A DNA stretch of 64,000 bases from Candidatus Dormiibacterota bacterium (lineage in GTDB: Bacteria > Chloroflexota > Dormibacteria > CF-121). The DNA is taken from NCBI GenBank assembly GCA_036390825.1, contig DASWBA010000067.1, positions 582 through 64,581 of the forward strand, in the 5' to 3' direction. This document shows positions 46,534 to 56,366 of this stretch, one piece after another (positions within the stretch are counted from its first letter, which is position 1; every line of letters starts with the position of its first letter). The notes beneath the pieces were generated by a model that ran no database searches, had not been told where the DNA came from, and saw only the letters and a program-made list of their open reading frames with translations. A program made the position numbers and the translations under genes.

Positions 46534-46626
46534 GGGTCGCGTAACGCGCGCGCGGCGCCAGGGTATGCGCGGTTTACACGATCGTCACGTCTTTACGATT
46601 CTTGACATCGCCAGACGTACGGCTTC

Positions 46627-47019
46627 TCAGGCCACCTTGGCCTTGCGCTGCGCCGGGCCGATGTAGCGCTCGACCACCGCGATCAACTCCTCGAGCTCAT
46701 ATGGCTTGGTCACGCATTCGGCGCAACCTGCCGCGATCGCGGTCTCCCGGTCCCCGACCATCGCGTGGGCGGTGACGGCGACCACCGGAATGGCGGCCAG
46801 CGCCGGGTCCGCCTTGAGCGCTCGGGTCGCCTCCCAGCCATTCATCTCCGGTAAGGACAGGTCCATCAGGATCAAGCCGGGGTGGAGGGCTCCCGCCTTT
46901 GCCAGCGCCTCGCGGCCGGTGACGGCAAGCTCGCAGCTGAAGCCGCGGGAGCGCAGGATCTTGAGCGCCATCTTTTGCATAATCGCGTCGTCTTCGACCA
47001 CGAGAATCAGTTGGTTCAT
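46627..47019 (-). CDS. Single-domain response regulator (CheY-like)
   Basis: ILVVEDD...LILMDLSLPEMNGWE...VTAHA...KP. The start overlaps the kinase stop. Confidence 0.88.
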   Translation of the reverse strand: MNQLILVVEDDAIMQKMALKILRSRGFSCELAVTGREALAKAGALHPGLILMDLSLPEMNGWEATRALKADPALAAIPVVAVTAHAMVGDRETAIAAGCAECVTKPYELEELIAVVERYIGPAQRKAKVA

Positions 47020-49691
47020 GCGGCGGCTCCTTGCGTTTTACTCTGACCGAGCAGCTGGCGAACCGCGTTGGTCAGGCCTTCCGGTTCGATCGATCCCTTC
47101 GTCACAAATCGCTGGACGTGTCCATTCAGAGTGAGGATGTCTTCCGCCGTCAGCTGCTTGGCGCTGACGATCATGATCGGGATGGTCGCCCCACGAGGCT
47201 GGGCGCGCAGCCGCGCCACCATCTCGAAGCCGCTCATGCCGGGCATCATCAGGTCGAGCAGGATGAGATCGGGCGGTGAAGCCGCGATCAGGGCCATCGC
47301 CTCGTCGCCGCTGGCGGCCCCTACCACCTCGGCGTGCTCTTCCTTGAGAATCTTGGCGATCATCGACCGGGCGTTCGCCTCGTCATCAACGACCAGGACG
47401 CGCTTACCCTCGAGGGTGGGTAGCAGACGGCGGATCTTCGCGATCAGGGCGCCCTTGTCATAGGGCTTGCCGAGGTAGTCCGAGGCACCGAGTGCGAACA
47501 CCAACCGCTGATCCTCGACGATGGTGACCACGAGGACCGGGATGCCAGCGGTCTGCGGATCTTCCTTCAGCTTTTCGAGCACCCACCATCCGGAGGCATC
47601 CGGCATCATGATGTCGAGCGTGATCAGCATCGGGCGCGCCTCGCGCGCCAGCTGAAGCGCGTCGGCCGCGTTCGACGCCTGCACTGTCTTCCAGCCTTCC
47701 TGCTCCAGGTGCCTCGAGATCAGTTGACGGACGCTGGGGTCGTCGTCGACTACCAGGATGGCCGTCCCGGGGAGTCCCTGGTTGGGTCGGCGCAACGGTC
47801 GCTGCTGGATGGGAGCGACGCCCGCCTGACCCGCCGCCCAGGCGGTGATGGTGAAGGTGAAGGTGCTCCCCAGGCCGGGCTCGCTGACCACGGTGATGGC
47901 GCCGCCGTGCATCTCTACCAGGCGGCGCACGATGCTCAGGCCGAGGCCCGTCCCGCCGTGGCGCCGGGTGCTGCTGCCGTCGCCCTGGACAAACTCATCG
48001 AAGATCACCTTCTGCGCTTCCGGGGAGATGCCGGTGCCGGTGTCCTTGACCGCGATGCGCACCATACGGCCCGATGGTTGCGCGCTCACTTCGATGTGAC
48101 CGCGTTCGGTGAACTTGACGGCGTTGGAGAGCAGGTTGATCAGGATTTGCTTGAGGCGCACCGGATCGGCTTCGACCGCGGGGAGGGAGGGAGCGAAGCG
48201 GGTGTCGATCCGCAGCCCCTTCTCCTGCGCCAGGGGGCTGATGCTCTCCAGCACCGAGCTGATCAGTGTCGCAAGCTCGACGCGTTCCAGCGATAGCTCC
48301 ATCTTTCCCGCCTCGATCTTGCTGAGGTCGAGGATCTGGTTGATCAACCCCAGCAGTGACTGGCCGCTCTTGTTGACCTGCTGGATATCCTGCTGCTGCT
48401 CCTCGTTGATCGGACCATCGATGCCGTCGAGCAGAATCTGCGAGAAGCCGATGATGGCGGAGAGCGGGGTGCGCAGTTCGTGCGACACGTTGGCCAGGAA
48501 TTCTGATTTCAACTTGTTGGCCCGGGCCATCTCCTGGTTGGCCGCCTGCAGTTCCGACGTCCGCTGCGAGACCTTCTCCTCCAGCGTCTGGTAGGCGCCG
48601 CTGAGCTGGCTCGTCATCTGGTTGAAGGTGGTTGCCAGAGCCTGCAGCTCGCGCGCCGCGTAGCGTTCACGCACCCTGACCGGGGTGACGAAGTCGCCGC
48701 GGGCGATCCGCGCGGCGGCGCCGGTCAACTCGTCGACTGGGCGCGTGATCCAGGCCGCCCCGAGGAATCCGAGCACCAGCGCGAGCACGATGGCGATCAG
48801 CAGCCATTCGATCGTGCTCACGATCAAGGGCGTCAGCTCGGACCGGAGATCAGCGACCGGCTGGGACACCCATACCTTCCAGCCGACTTCGGGAACGGTT
48901 GCGAAGCCGGCAGCTCGCGGCACGTTGCCGTCGAGGTCGGTGTACCAGCTGACGCCGGTCTCCTGCCCAAGCGCCTGCTGGAAGATGCCGGACGAGGATA
49001 GGTCGGTGGCGGCCAGCCGCCAGTCTTCGCGCGGGTGGGCAATGACCCGTCCGCGACGGTCGACGACCACCGCCTGCCCGTTCTGACCGATCCGGCTGTA
49101 GTTAGACAGGCGCTGGACCTCGGAAAGGTCGACGGTCCCGGCGAGGAAGCCCACGAGCGAACGTCGCGCGTCGAGGATGGGAACCGCGATCACGACCGCG
49201 GCCACGCTGGCATCACCGCGAGACCGCACCACGTCCGAGTACTTCGGACCGATCCGTCGAGGATTGAGGACTTCCTGGACGTAATTCCAGACGCTGTAGT
49301 CGACGCCGACGCCGGCGGGCGGAGCGGCGGCCACGGCCCGACCGGCCAGGTTGCCGACGTAAAGCTGCAGCAGCGCCGGTTGGGCCGAGTGGGCGGCAGC
49401 CAGCTCCATGTTCAGGTGGTCAGGATTGAAGCTGGCGTCGTTGAGCCGGGCGATGCTGGTGTCATTGTCCGACTCGATCTGGGATGCGGTGCTCTTCAAC
49501 GCCGCCGTCTGGTCCAGCAGGTACCCATAGATGGCTTGCGCCAGGCTCTCGGCCATTGGCTCGTGCTTTTGCTGGATGCTCGCGTTCTGGGTCGCGAACA
49601 GCTCCGAGATGCGCTGGGCGCCGAAGAAGATGAGCGGAACCACGCCGACCATCAGGAAGCCGACGCTGATGTACCAGCGAAGGCTGTGCAT
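47016..49691 (-). CDS. Hybrid sensor histidine kinase (extracytoplasmic Cache-like domain, HAMP, HisKA, HATPase_c, two receiver domains)
   Basis: H-box FLANVSHELRTPLSAI, N-box LLSNAVKFT, GTGLGLSIV, and two receivers (ILVVDDDPSV..., VLVVDDEANA...). ATG 49691 chosen; GTG 49730 is possible. Confidence 0.88.
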   Translation of the reverse strand: MHSLRWYISVGFLMVGVVPLIFFGAQRISELFATQNASIQQKHEPMAESLAQAIYGYLLDQTAALKSTASQIESDNDTSIARLNDASFNPDHLNMELAAAHSAQPALLQLYVGNLAGRAVAAAPPAGVGVDYSVWNYVQEVLNPRRIGPKYSDVVRSRGDASVAAVVIAVPILDARRSLVGFLAGTVDLSEVQRLSNYSRIGQNGQAVVVDRRGRVIAHPREDWRLAATDLSSSGIFQQALGQETGVSWYTDLDGNVPRAAGFATVPEVGWKVWVSQPVADLRSELTPLIVSTIEWLLIAIVLALVLGFLGAAWITRPVDELTGAAARIARGDFVTPVRVRERYAARELQALATTFNQMTSQLSGAYQTLEEKVSQRTSELQAANQEMARANKLKSEFLANVSHELRTPLSAIIGFSQILLDGIDGPINEEQQQDIQQVNKSGQSLLGLINQILDLSKIEAGKMELSLERVELATLISSVLESISPLAQEKGLRIDTRFAPSLPAVEADPVRLKQILINLLSNAVKFTERGHIEVSAQPSGRMVRIAVKDTGTGISPEAQKVIFDEFVQGDGSSTRRHGGTGLGLSIVRRLVEMHGGAITVVSEPGLGSTFTFTITAWAAGQAGVAPIQQRPLRRPNQGLPGTAILVVDDDPSVRQLISRHLEQEGWKTVQASNAADALQLAREARPMLITLDIMMPDASGWWVLEKLKEDPQTAGIPVLVVTIVEDQRLVFALGASDYLGKPYDKGALIAKIRRLLPTLEGKRVLVVDDEANARSMIAKILKEEHAEVVGAASGDEAMALIAASPPDLILLDLMMPGMSGFEMVARLRAQPRGATIPIMIVSAKQLTAEDILTLNGHVQRFVTKGSIEPEGLTNAVRQLLGQSKTQGAAA

Positions 49692-49821
49692 CGAGGCCCG
49701 ACGGGCGTCGGCGGAGGGTGCTGCGCCCACATCGAGGTAACGGGTCGTTCAACTCAACTTTGCGCGCTTGACCTCCCCGTGTGGTTACGCGCGCGTTACG
49801 AGGGCGACTAGGCTTTAGCCG

Positions 49822-50508
49822 ATGGCAGGACTGCGTGCCCGGGACCGTGCCCTGCTCGCTGTCGAGCGGCTCAAGCCGGTCTACCCCGCGGTCTCAGAAC
49901 TCGACCACGTCAACCCCTTCCAGATGCTGATTGCGACCATCCTGTCGGCGCAGACGACCGACCGGTCGGTCAACTCCGTGACGCCAGCCTTATTTGCCCG
50001 CTATCCGGATGCGGCCGCGTTGGCGCATGCCGAACCGCGGCAGGTCGAAGCGATGATCAAGCCCACCGGCTTCTTCCACGTCAAGGCAAAGACGATCATC
50101 GCGACCAGCGCGGCGCTGGTCGATCGATTCGGTGGCCAGGTCCCGGGCCGCATCGAAGACCTTGTCACCTTGCCGGGCGTCGGACGAAAGACCGCCAATG
50201 TCGTGCTGGGCGTCGCCTTTGGCGTTCCCGGCTTCGCCGTCGACACGCACGTCAAGCGGCTCACGCGGCGCCTGGGCCTGACCAAGAGCACCGACCCGGT
50301 CAAGATCGAAGCCGACGTCACGAAGCTGATTCCGCCGGAGGAGTGGACCGGCTTCAGCCTGCGGTTGATCCTGCACGGCCGCCGGATCTGCGTGGCGCGG
50401 GCCCCGCGGTGCCCGGAGTGCGTGATGAACGACTTCTGCCCCTCCTCCACGGTGCGGGTGAAGGCTCGGCGGCGGCCCTTGACACCCGCGCGCCGCCGGG
50501 TAAGGTAG
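49822..50508 (+). CDS. nth: Endonuclease III
   Basis: LIATILSAQTTD, HhH LPGVGRKTANVVL, catalytic D in FAVDTHV, and the 4Fe-4S cluster C-x6-C-x2-C-x5-C. Confidence 0.93.
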   Translation: MAGLRARDRALLAVERLKPVYPAVSELDHVNPFQMLIATILSAQTTDRSVNSVTPALFARYPDAAALAHAEPRQVEAMIKPTGFFHVKAKTIIATSAALVDRFGGQVPGRIEDLVTLPGVGRKTANVVLGVAFGVPGFAVDTHVKRLTRRLGLTKSTDPVKIEADVTKLIPPEEWTGFSLRLILHGRRICVARAPRCPECVMNDFCPSSTVRVKARRRPLTPARRRVR

Positions 50509-50512
50509 GCCC

Positions 50513-51079
50513 ATGGCCGATAGCGACGCGCCTCGCTGGTCGCGGCGTCCCTCGATGGTGCTGGGCGGATTGCTCGTCCTCGTCGGGGCACTGTTGTTAC
50601 TTGGACAATTCGTCAACGTCGACGTCGGCCACTACGGTTGGCCCTTCTTCGTGATCGCCCCCGGCGTCGCCATCCTCGTCGTCGCACTGATGGGCCGAGG
50701 TGCGGTCGGCGAGGGTCTCGCGATCCTCGGCAGCATCATCACCGTCACCGGGCTCATCCTGCTCTACCAGAACGCGACCGACCACTTCGAGAGTTGGGCC
50801 TATGCGTGGGCGCTGATTTTTCCGGGTGCGGTCGGGGCAGGAATGGTGCTCTACGGCCTTGCCGCCGGTCGGCCGGGTAACGTGCGGGCGGGCACCCGTC
50901 TGATCGGCATCGGCGTCGTCCTGTTCTTGCTGGGCGTTGCCTTTTTCGAAGGCATCATCGGCATTGGCGGCTATCAATTCGGGCGCACCGGGGGCGTGGC
51001 GGTCGGCGCGCTCATCGTCGTGTTGGGCGCGTTGTTGCTGATCCTCAATCTGACTTCTAGCCGCCGGCGTTCCAGGTAG
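50513..51079 (+). CDS. Hypothetical polytopic membrane protein
   Basis: Five to six TM helices, with a basic C-terminus. Confidence 0.55.
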   Translation: MADSDAPRWSRRPSMVLGGLLVLVGALLLLGQFVNVDVGHYGWPFFVIAPGVAILVVALMGRGAVGEGLAILGSIITVTGLILLYQNATDHFESWAYAWALIFPGAVGAGMVLYGLAAGRPGNVRAGTRLIGIGVVLFLLGVAFFEGIIGIGGYQFGRTGGVAVGALIVVLGALLLILNLTSSRRRSR

Positions 51080-51099
51080 GCCGGGCTACACTAGGCGTC

Positions 51100-52143
51100 G
51101 TGCGCATCGGCGTCCTCACTGGCGGTGGCGACGCCCCCGGACTCAACGCCGCCATCCGTGGCGTAGCTCGCCGCGCGTTTCAGCGCGGTTTCGAGGTCAG
51201 CGGCATCAAGAATGGCTGGGCCGGGTTACTTGGTGATGGCGACCTCGAGGACCTGACGATGGCATCGGTCCGTGGCATCCTTCCGCTGGGCGGCACCATT
51301 CTGGGCACGTCGCGGACGAATCCACTCAAAGAAAAAGGCGGGATCGAGAAGGTGGTCAGCCTGCTGCGCGCCTCTGGCATCGACGGCCTCGTGGCGATCG
51401 GCGGCGACGACACGCTCTCGGTCGCGGCGGCGATGAGCGACGCCGGCTATCCCGTGGTCGGCGTGCCCAAAACGATCGACAACGACCTGTCGGTCACCGA
51501 GTTCTGCATCGGCTTCGATACGGCGGTGGGGGTCGTCGTCGAGGCGCTCGATCGGCTGCACACAACCGCGTCCGCGCACCACCGCGTGATGGTGGTCGAA
51601 GTGATGGGCCGCGATACCGGCTGGGTCGCGATGGTGGGCGGTCTGGCGGGCGGCGCCGATATGATCATCATTCCGGAGTTTCCGGCCGAGCTCGATGCGG
51701 TGGTGAACCATCTGCATCACCGTCGCGGTGAAGGCAAGGACTTCAGCATCATCGTCGTCGCCGAGGGCGTCAAGATGCGCGCCCTCGAACCGGCCGTCCC
51801 TATCGCCGCCGGTGCGGAGAAGCGCGACGCCTTCGGCCACGTGCAGCTCGCCAAGCAGGGTGTCGGCGATGCACTCAGCACCCGGATCGAGGAAGCTACT
51901 GGCTTCGAGACACGCGTCACCGTGCTCGGTCACCTGCAGCGTGGTGGTTCGCCCTCGCCAGTCGACCGGATCTGGGCCACCCGCCTCGGCGTGGCGGCTA
52001 CTGACCTGCTGGCCGATCGCAAGGCCGGCTTGATTCCAATCCGTCGCGACGGCCAGGTTGCGATCGTGCCCCTGCGCGATGTCGTCGCGGAAACTCGCCG
52101 CGTACCGCGCGAGCTCTACGACCTCCAGCTCGTCTTCGGCTAG
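51100..52143 (+). CDS. pfkA: 6-phosphofructokinase (ATP- or PPi-dependent; specificity not assignable)
   Basis: RIGVLTGGGDAPGLNAAIR, IGGDDT, PKTIDNDL, MGRDTGW, LGHLQRGG. Confidence 0.9.
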   Translation: MRIGVLTGGGDAPGLNAAIRGVARRAFQRGFEVSGIKNGWAGLLGDGDLEDLTMASVRGILPLGGTILGTSRTNPLKEKGGIEKVVSLLRASGIDGLVAIGGDDTLSVAAAMSDAGYPVVGVPKTIDNDLSVTEFCIGFDTAVGVVVEALDRLHTTASAHHRVMVVEVMGRDTGWVAMVGGLAGGADMIIIPEFPAELDAVVNHLHHRRGEGKDFSIIVVAEGVKMRALEPAVPIAAGAEKRDAFGHVQLAKQGVGDALSTRIEEATGFETRVTVLGHLQRGGSPSPVDRIWATRLGVAATDLLADRKAGLIPIRRDGQVAIVPLRDVVAETRRVPRELYDLQLVFG

Positions 52144-54617
52144 CTGGCCCGGCGTTTTTGCCGATAGAGGGTGGCATCGGCCGCAGCGAGTAGGTCCTCG
52201 GCGGTGGTGCCATCTTGCGGGAAGGTCGCCACTCCGAGGCTGACTCCAGGGATCTGGAGCAAATCGCGGCCGGCCATGAAACGGTGCCGGGCGATGCCAT
52301 CGGAGATGCGCTGGGCTACGACCGCGGCCGCTGCGGCTCCAGTCGCCGGGAGCAACACGACGAACTCATCGCCGCCGTAGCGCGCCACCACATCCTCGCC
52401 TCGGACCGCATCCGTCAGGGCGTTCGAGACCTCCCGGAGGAGTGCGTCGCCGGCGAGGTGGCCATAGGTGTCGTTGATTCGCTTCAGCCCATCGACGTCA
52501 AGGAAGACGATGGAGAAGCTGTCGCCCGCGGCTACCGCTCGATCCACGGTTTGCTGAATGCGCTCGAGGAAGAGCCGGCGGTTGTTGAGCCGTGTCAAGG
52601 GGTCGTGGCTCGCCTCGCGCTTGAGACTGTCGTGGAGTTGGGCAACCTCGAGCGATGAGGCCAGCTGCGATCCCACCGCCGACATCAGCGCGACGTCGGC
52701 CTCGGAGAAGGCATCGGGTTGCAGGCTCTCCGCGTTCAAGACACCTACGACGCGGCCTCGACTGATCAGCGGAAAGGCGAGCTCCGACCGAACCTGGTCG
52801 TCGACCCCGATGTAGCGGGGTTCGGCTCTGGCATCCGGAACGATTTTGGCGACACCATGGGTGAACACCCAGCCGGTGATGCCCTCGTCGCCCGAAATCG
52901 TGAGCCCGGTGATATCGACGTTGTAGCCGCTCTGCGCCCCGACTCGGAGCTCATCGGGTCTTGGTCCGGGCAGGAGGATGGCGACCATGGAGTAGCCCAT
53001 GACCTCGCGAATGATGGTCACGATGCGGCTGAGAAGGGTGTCAAGGTCGAGCACCGCGGTGGTTTCCTGTGCGACACGGTAAATGATGCGGAGCTCGCGC
53101 GAGTCAGCCACGGACAATATGTCCCGGAGAGCGGCCGGCGCCGGGGGCTGGGGACTGTTCATCGCTTCCAGCATCTGTGTGAACCACGGCGCCTGGCTCG
53201 ACTCGGCCTGGCGGCACATGCGGATGAAGGCATCCGTTATGGCGGGGTCCAGGTTGATGCCCCGAAAACGCGCCAGCTCCTCAAGACCCTCTGCGACCGT
53301 GGTTGCACTCTTGACCGGAACGTCGAAGGTGACGTTGAAGAATGCGGTGACCACTGAGATGACGCGGGTCTCGATCGGGATCGCTTCGCCTTCAAGGCCG
53401 TCGGGATACCCCTCGCCGTTGAACCACTCGTGGTGCGATCGGACTAGCGGTGCCAGGTCGGACAACGGTTTGAACCGCCCAAGCAGGTCGGCGGCGACAA
53501 CCGGGTGGGTCATGATCAACGCCCGCTCTTCGGCACTCAACCGGCCGCGTTGCTTGAGGATGCTTTCCGGGACGTTGAGCTTCCCCAGATCCTGGAGCAG
53601 CGCCGCATATCGGATTCGCCGCCGCCGTGGCGCGTCGAACCCGAGATATTCGGCTAAGCGCTCAGCCAGCTCGGCATGCTCTCTCGCCCGACTGTGCATC
53701 GCCTGACGGAGCTCGATCGCCCCGGCGAGGGTGAGCACGGCGGCCTCCTCCACCTGGCGCGACTCGTCGAGAAGGCGGGCTGTCTGCAAGGCGGCCGCCG
53801 TCTGGTTCGCAAAGGCCATCACGGCCGGCACGTCGGTCTCTTTCAGCCCGGGGCCCAGCACGGTGATGGCTCCGATGGCCTTGCCCTCGAGCACCAGCGG
53901 GGCAGAGATCAGCGTGTGCAGATGGAGCAGCTCGCTCAGCTTGCGGGCGTTTCCGACGCTGCTGGGCGGCAGGACCATTGCCACCCGGCCAACCAGCTCA
54001 TCGGGATCGCCGACGTAGTGGGCTCGCAGGGTGGTGCAGACGTCGTGGAGGACGGGGATGCGGTCGAACGGCAGGAAGTTGCCAACCTCCTGGCGGCCGA
54101 TTAACTTGCCGACGTCGGCGGGCGCTTCCTGCGTTTGCCGAAACGCCACCACCAGCCCCTTGCCGTCCGGCGCCAGGTCGAAGAGGTAGGTGGACAGGCC
54201 GGCCTGCGCGAGCCGGCTGCCGACCGCGGTAAAGATCGCCTCGCGGTTCAGGTGCTGCAACGCCTGGAGGCCGGCATCGGCGAGAGCGCTGAACAGTGCC
54301 CCGGGGGTCCGGGATTCGCCGGCCCGGTCGGGGGCCATCTGCGGCAGAAACTGGGAGAACCCTGCCTCTGCCAGTCGCTCCGGGCGGAAGAACCAGACTC
54401 GGCCGATCTTTTCCGCGGGCAGCCGGCCGTCGCGCGCCTGTCGCCGAACCACCTCCGGATGCCGATGGATGGCGACCGCGACCTGCTCGACCGACAGCAG
54501 GTTCGGCAGCTTCAGCGCCAGGGAAACCGACGGTTGTGTGACGCGACGCTTCACTGCTCCCTGCAACGAAGGAAGGTCCGCCTTCCTACGTCTTATTGCC
54601 AGTGGAAGCCTTCCCAT
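52140..54617 (-). CDS. HTH(excisionase-type)-GAF-degenerate HD-GYP-GAF-GGDEF multidomain c-di-GMP protein
   Basis: LLSVEQVAVAI...GRLPAEKIGRVWFF (HTH_17-like). HD-GYP region with QDLGK instead of HDIGK, and HHEWFNGEGYP. GGDEF RYGGDEFVVLL with I-site RGED. An alternative GTG start lies at 54554. Confidence 0.85.
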   Translation of the reverse strand: MGRLPLAIRRRKADLPSLQGAVKRRVTQPSVSLALKLPNLLSVEQVAVAIHRHPEVVRRQARDGRLPAEKIGRVWFFRPERLAEAGFSQFLPQMAPDRAGESRTPGALFSALADAGLQALQHLNREAIFTAVGSRLAQAGLSTYLFDLAPDGKGLVVAFRQTQEAPADVGKLIGRQEVGNFLPFDRIPVLHDVCTTLRAHYVGDPDELVGRVAMVLPPSSVGNARKLSELLHLHTLISAPLVLEGKAIGAITVLGPGLKETDVPAVMAFANQTAAALQTARLLDESRQVEEAAVLTLAGAIELRQAMHSRAREHAELAERLAEYLGFDAPRRRRIRYAALLQDLGKLNVPESILKQRGRLSAEERALIMTHPVVAADLLGRFKPLSDLAPLVRSHHEWFNGEGYPDGLEGEAIPIETRVISVVTAFFNVTFDVPVKSATTVAEGLEELARFRGINLDPAITDAFIRMCRQAESSQAPWFTQMLEAMNSPQPPAPAALRDILSVADSRELRIIYRVAQETTAVLDLDTLLSRIVTIIREVMGYSMVAILLPGPRPDELRVGAQSGYNVDITGLTISGDEGITGWVFTHGVAKIVPDARAEPRYIGVDDQVRSELAFPLISRGRVVGVLNAESLQPDAFSEADVALMSAVGSQLASSLEVAQLHDSLKREASHDPLTRLNNRRLFLERIQQTVDRAVAAGDSFSIVFLDVDGLKRINDTYGHLAGDALLREVSNALTDAVRGEDVVARYGGDEFVVLLPATGAAAAAVVAQRISDGIARHRFMAGRDLLQIPGVSLGVATFPQDGTTAEDLLAAADATLYRQKRRAS

Positions 54618-54625
54618 CCGGGCCG

Positions 54626-55615
54626 ATGCCCGAACGCCGGACCATCCTGGTCACGGACGACAGTAGCGCCAATCGCGATCTGCTTTGCGGACAGCTTTCC
54701 ACCCTGGGTTTCTGGACGGAAGCCGCGACCAATGGCGAGGAGGCCGTCCGCGCCGCCCGGCGGCTCAAGCCGGACCTGATCCTGATGGACATCGAGATGC
54801 CGGTGATGAACGGGCACCAGGCCTGCAAGCAATTGAAATCGGACCCGGAAACGGCCGAGATCCCGGTCTTGATGATGACCGGCTTCGACCCCCGGCCGGA
54901 GCGCGCCAAGATGGTGGAAGCCGGTGGCGACGACCTGATCGTCAAGCCGATCCCGATGCGCGACCTCCAGGTTCGCGTACGGGCGCTGCTCCGCCTCAAG
55001 GAACTGCGGCGCGACCTCCGCAGCACCCAGGAAAGCCTGCGTGAGCTGGTCAAGAAGGAAGACCCGACCGAGTCGAAGGAGCCCTTCGACGACCGGGTCG
55101 CCATGACGGCCCAGGCGCTGGCGCGGTTGATCGGCCTCGACGCGGAGGACCAGGAGGTCGCCTTCCATGCCGGCCTACTGCATGACATCGGGCAGATCGG
55201 CCTCCCGGAAGAACTGCTGAACAAGCAGGGGAGCTACACCGCAGAAGAGTTCGCCCAGATCCAGAAACACACGATCCTGGGCGCCGAGCTCGCCGGTCCC
55301 TTTCGACCGGCGACCGTCCTGGCGCCGGCCATCCGGCATCACCACGAACGATGGGATGGAAGCGGCTATCCCGACAAGCTGCAGGGCGCAGCGATTCCGA
55401 TGATGGCCCGCATCGTCGCCGTTGCCGACGCCTTCCACGCCATGATCACGGACCGACCCTACCGGCCGCGGCACTCGGTTGCCAGGGCCCTGGAGATCCT
55501 TGCCGCCGGATCCGGTACCCAGTGGGATCCCCGCCTGACCGCCGCCTTCGCGACCTCGTCCCTGCCCCAGCGCATCGCGGGCGTGGTCGAGGGCGACGCA
55601 GCCAAGATCGCCTAG
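54626..55615 (+). CDS. Response regulator with HD-GYP phosphodiesterase output (RpfG-like)
   Basis: ILVTDDSSANR...LILMDIEMPVMNG; LLHDIGQI, HHERWDGSGYPD, AVADAFHAM. Confidence 0.88.
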   Translation: MPERRTILVTDDSSANRDLLCGQLSTLGFWTEAATNGEEAVRAARRLKPDLILMDIEMPVMNGHQACKQLKSDPETAEIPVLMMTGFDPRPERAKMVEAGGDDLIVKPIPMRDLQVRVRALLRLKELRRDLRSTQESLRELVKKEDPTESKEPFDDRVAMTAQALARLIGLDAEDQEVAFHAGLLHDIGQIGLPEELLNKQGSYTAEEFAQIQKHTILGAELAGPFRPATVLAPAIRHHHERWDGSGYPDKLQGAAIPMMARIVAVADAFHAMITDRPYRPRHSVARALEILAAGSGTQWDPRLTAAFATSSLPQRIAGVVEGDAAKIA

Positions 55616-55627
55616 TCCAGAAAATAG

Positions 55628-55653
55628 TTCGGCCGGCCCGAAGGCCGGCCGAA
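55628..55653. terminator. Bidirectional intrinsic terminator hairpin between convergent genes
   Basis: ttcggccggcc-cgaa-ggccggccgaa, a perfect 11-bp stem. It is flanked by aaaatag on the left (U-tract for the minus-strand pilin transcript) and tctt on the right. Confidence 0.75.
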
Positions 55654-55679
55654 TCTTGATGCTTATTCCGCTTGGTCGC

Positions 55680-56147
55680 TTAGTTGTAGACGCAGGCGTT
55701 GCCCTGAATCGCGCCGTGAACAGTGCCCTGGGGCGGTGAGGCCTTGTAGGTAAAGATCTCGGTACCGGCCGGCGGCGGCGCTGCGGTATTCCAGCCGTTG
55801 GTCGCGCTGTGAAGCAGGTTGGCCATCAGGAGTTCCTGCTCGTTGACGTAGGCACCGGCTGCCGGAGTGGCCACATCGTTAACACCCGGGATGGTCGCCG
55901 GGCTGTTCTGTCCGACCGGGTAGACGCCGTAGGTGTTCCAGTACAGGTCGGCGGCGCCCTGGAGGGTCGCGCCGTCGGTCTTCATGCCGTTGCACGCCGC
56001 ACTGGCGTTGACACCCGAGATGTTGAAGAGGACGATGGCCGCGAGCACACCAAGGATGGCGATGACGACGAGCAATTCGACGAGGGTGAATCCACCCTGG
56101 TGGCGATGCGAGCGTTTGCGCGCATCGTTGAGTATTGCGAGAAGCAT
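55680..56147 (-). CDS. Major type IV pilin (prepilin-type N-terminal cleavage/methylation domain)
   Basis: Leader MLLAILNDARKRSHRHQGG, then FTLVELLVVIAILGVLAAIVL (Glu at +5). GGAGG RBS 9 nt upstream of ATG 56147. Confidence 0.88.
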   Translation of the reverse strand: MLLAILNDARKRSHRHQGGFTLVELLVVIAILGVLAAIVLFNISGVNASAACNGMKTDGATLQGAADLYWNTYGVYPVGQNSPATIPGVNDVATPAAGAYVNEQELLMANLLHSATNGWNTAAPPPAGTEIFTYKASPPQGTVHGAIQGNACVYN

Positions 56148-56216
56148 TTTGTCGTTTACCTCCTTAGACTCAGTCGAGCGTAGGGCCGCAATCTTGCGAG
56201 ATCTGTAAAGGTTCAC

Positions 56217-56366
56217 TCAGCGCAGTAGCAATTGCGTCACGGCGACCGTCATCGCGCCCAGCGCCAGCGCGACCAGCGCCAGGGCCAGCAGCGGCTGCCG
56301 GACCCGGTTCGGCCGCCGAGGCGGGGCGAAATCGACGCCGACCTGGGCGTATTCAGGCCGCGACAC
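56217..56366 (-). CDS. Unannotated 49-aa single-TM protein in the PilN position (mini-PilN candidate)
   Basis: GTG 56366 is preceded by GGAGG and overlaps the pilM 3' end by 14 nt. Product: MSRPEYAQVGVDFAPPRRPNRVRQPLLALALVALALGAMTVAVTQLLLR. It is below the ORF-track length cutoff. Confidence 0.5.
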   Translation of the reverse strand: MSRPEYAQVGVDFAPPRRPNRVRQPLLALALVALALGAMTVAVTQLLLR

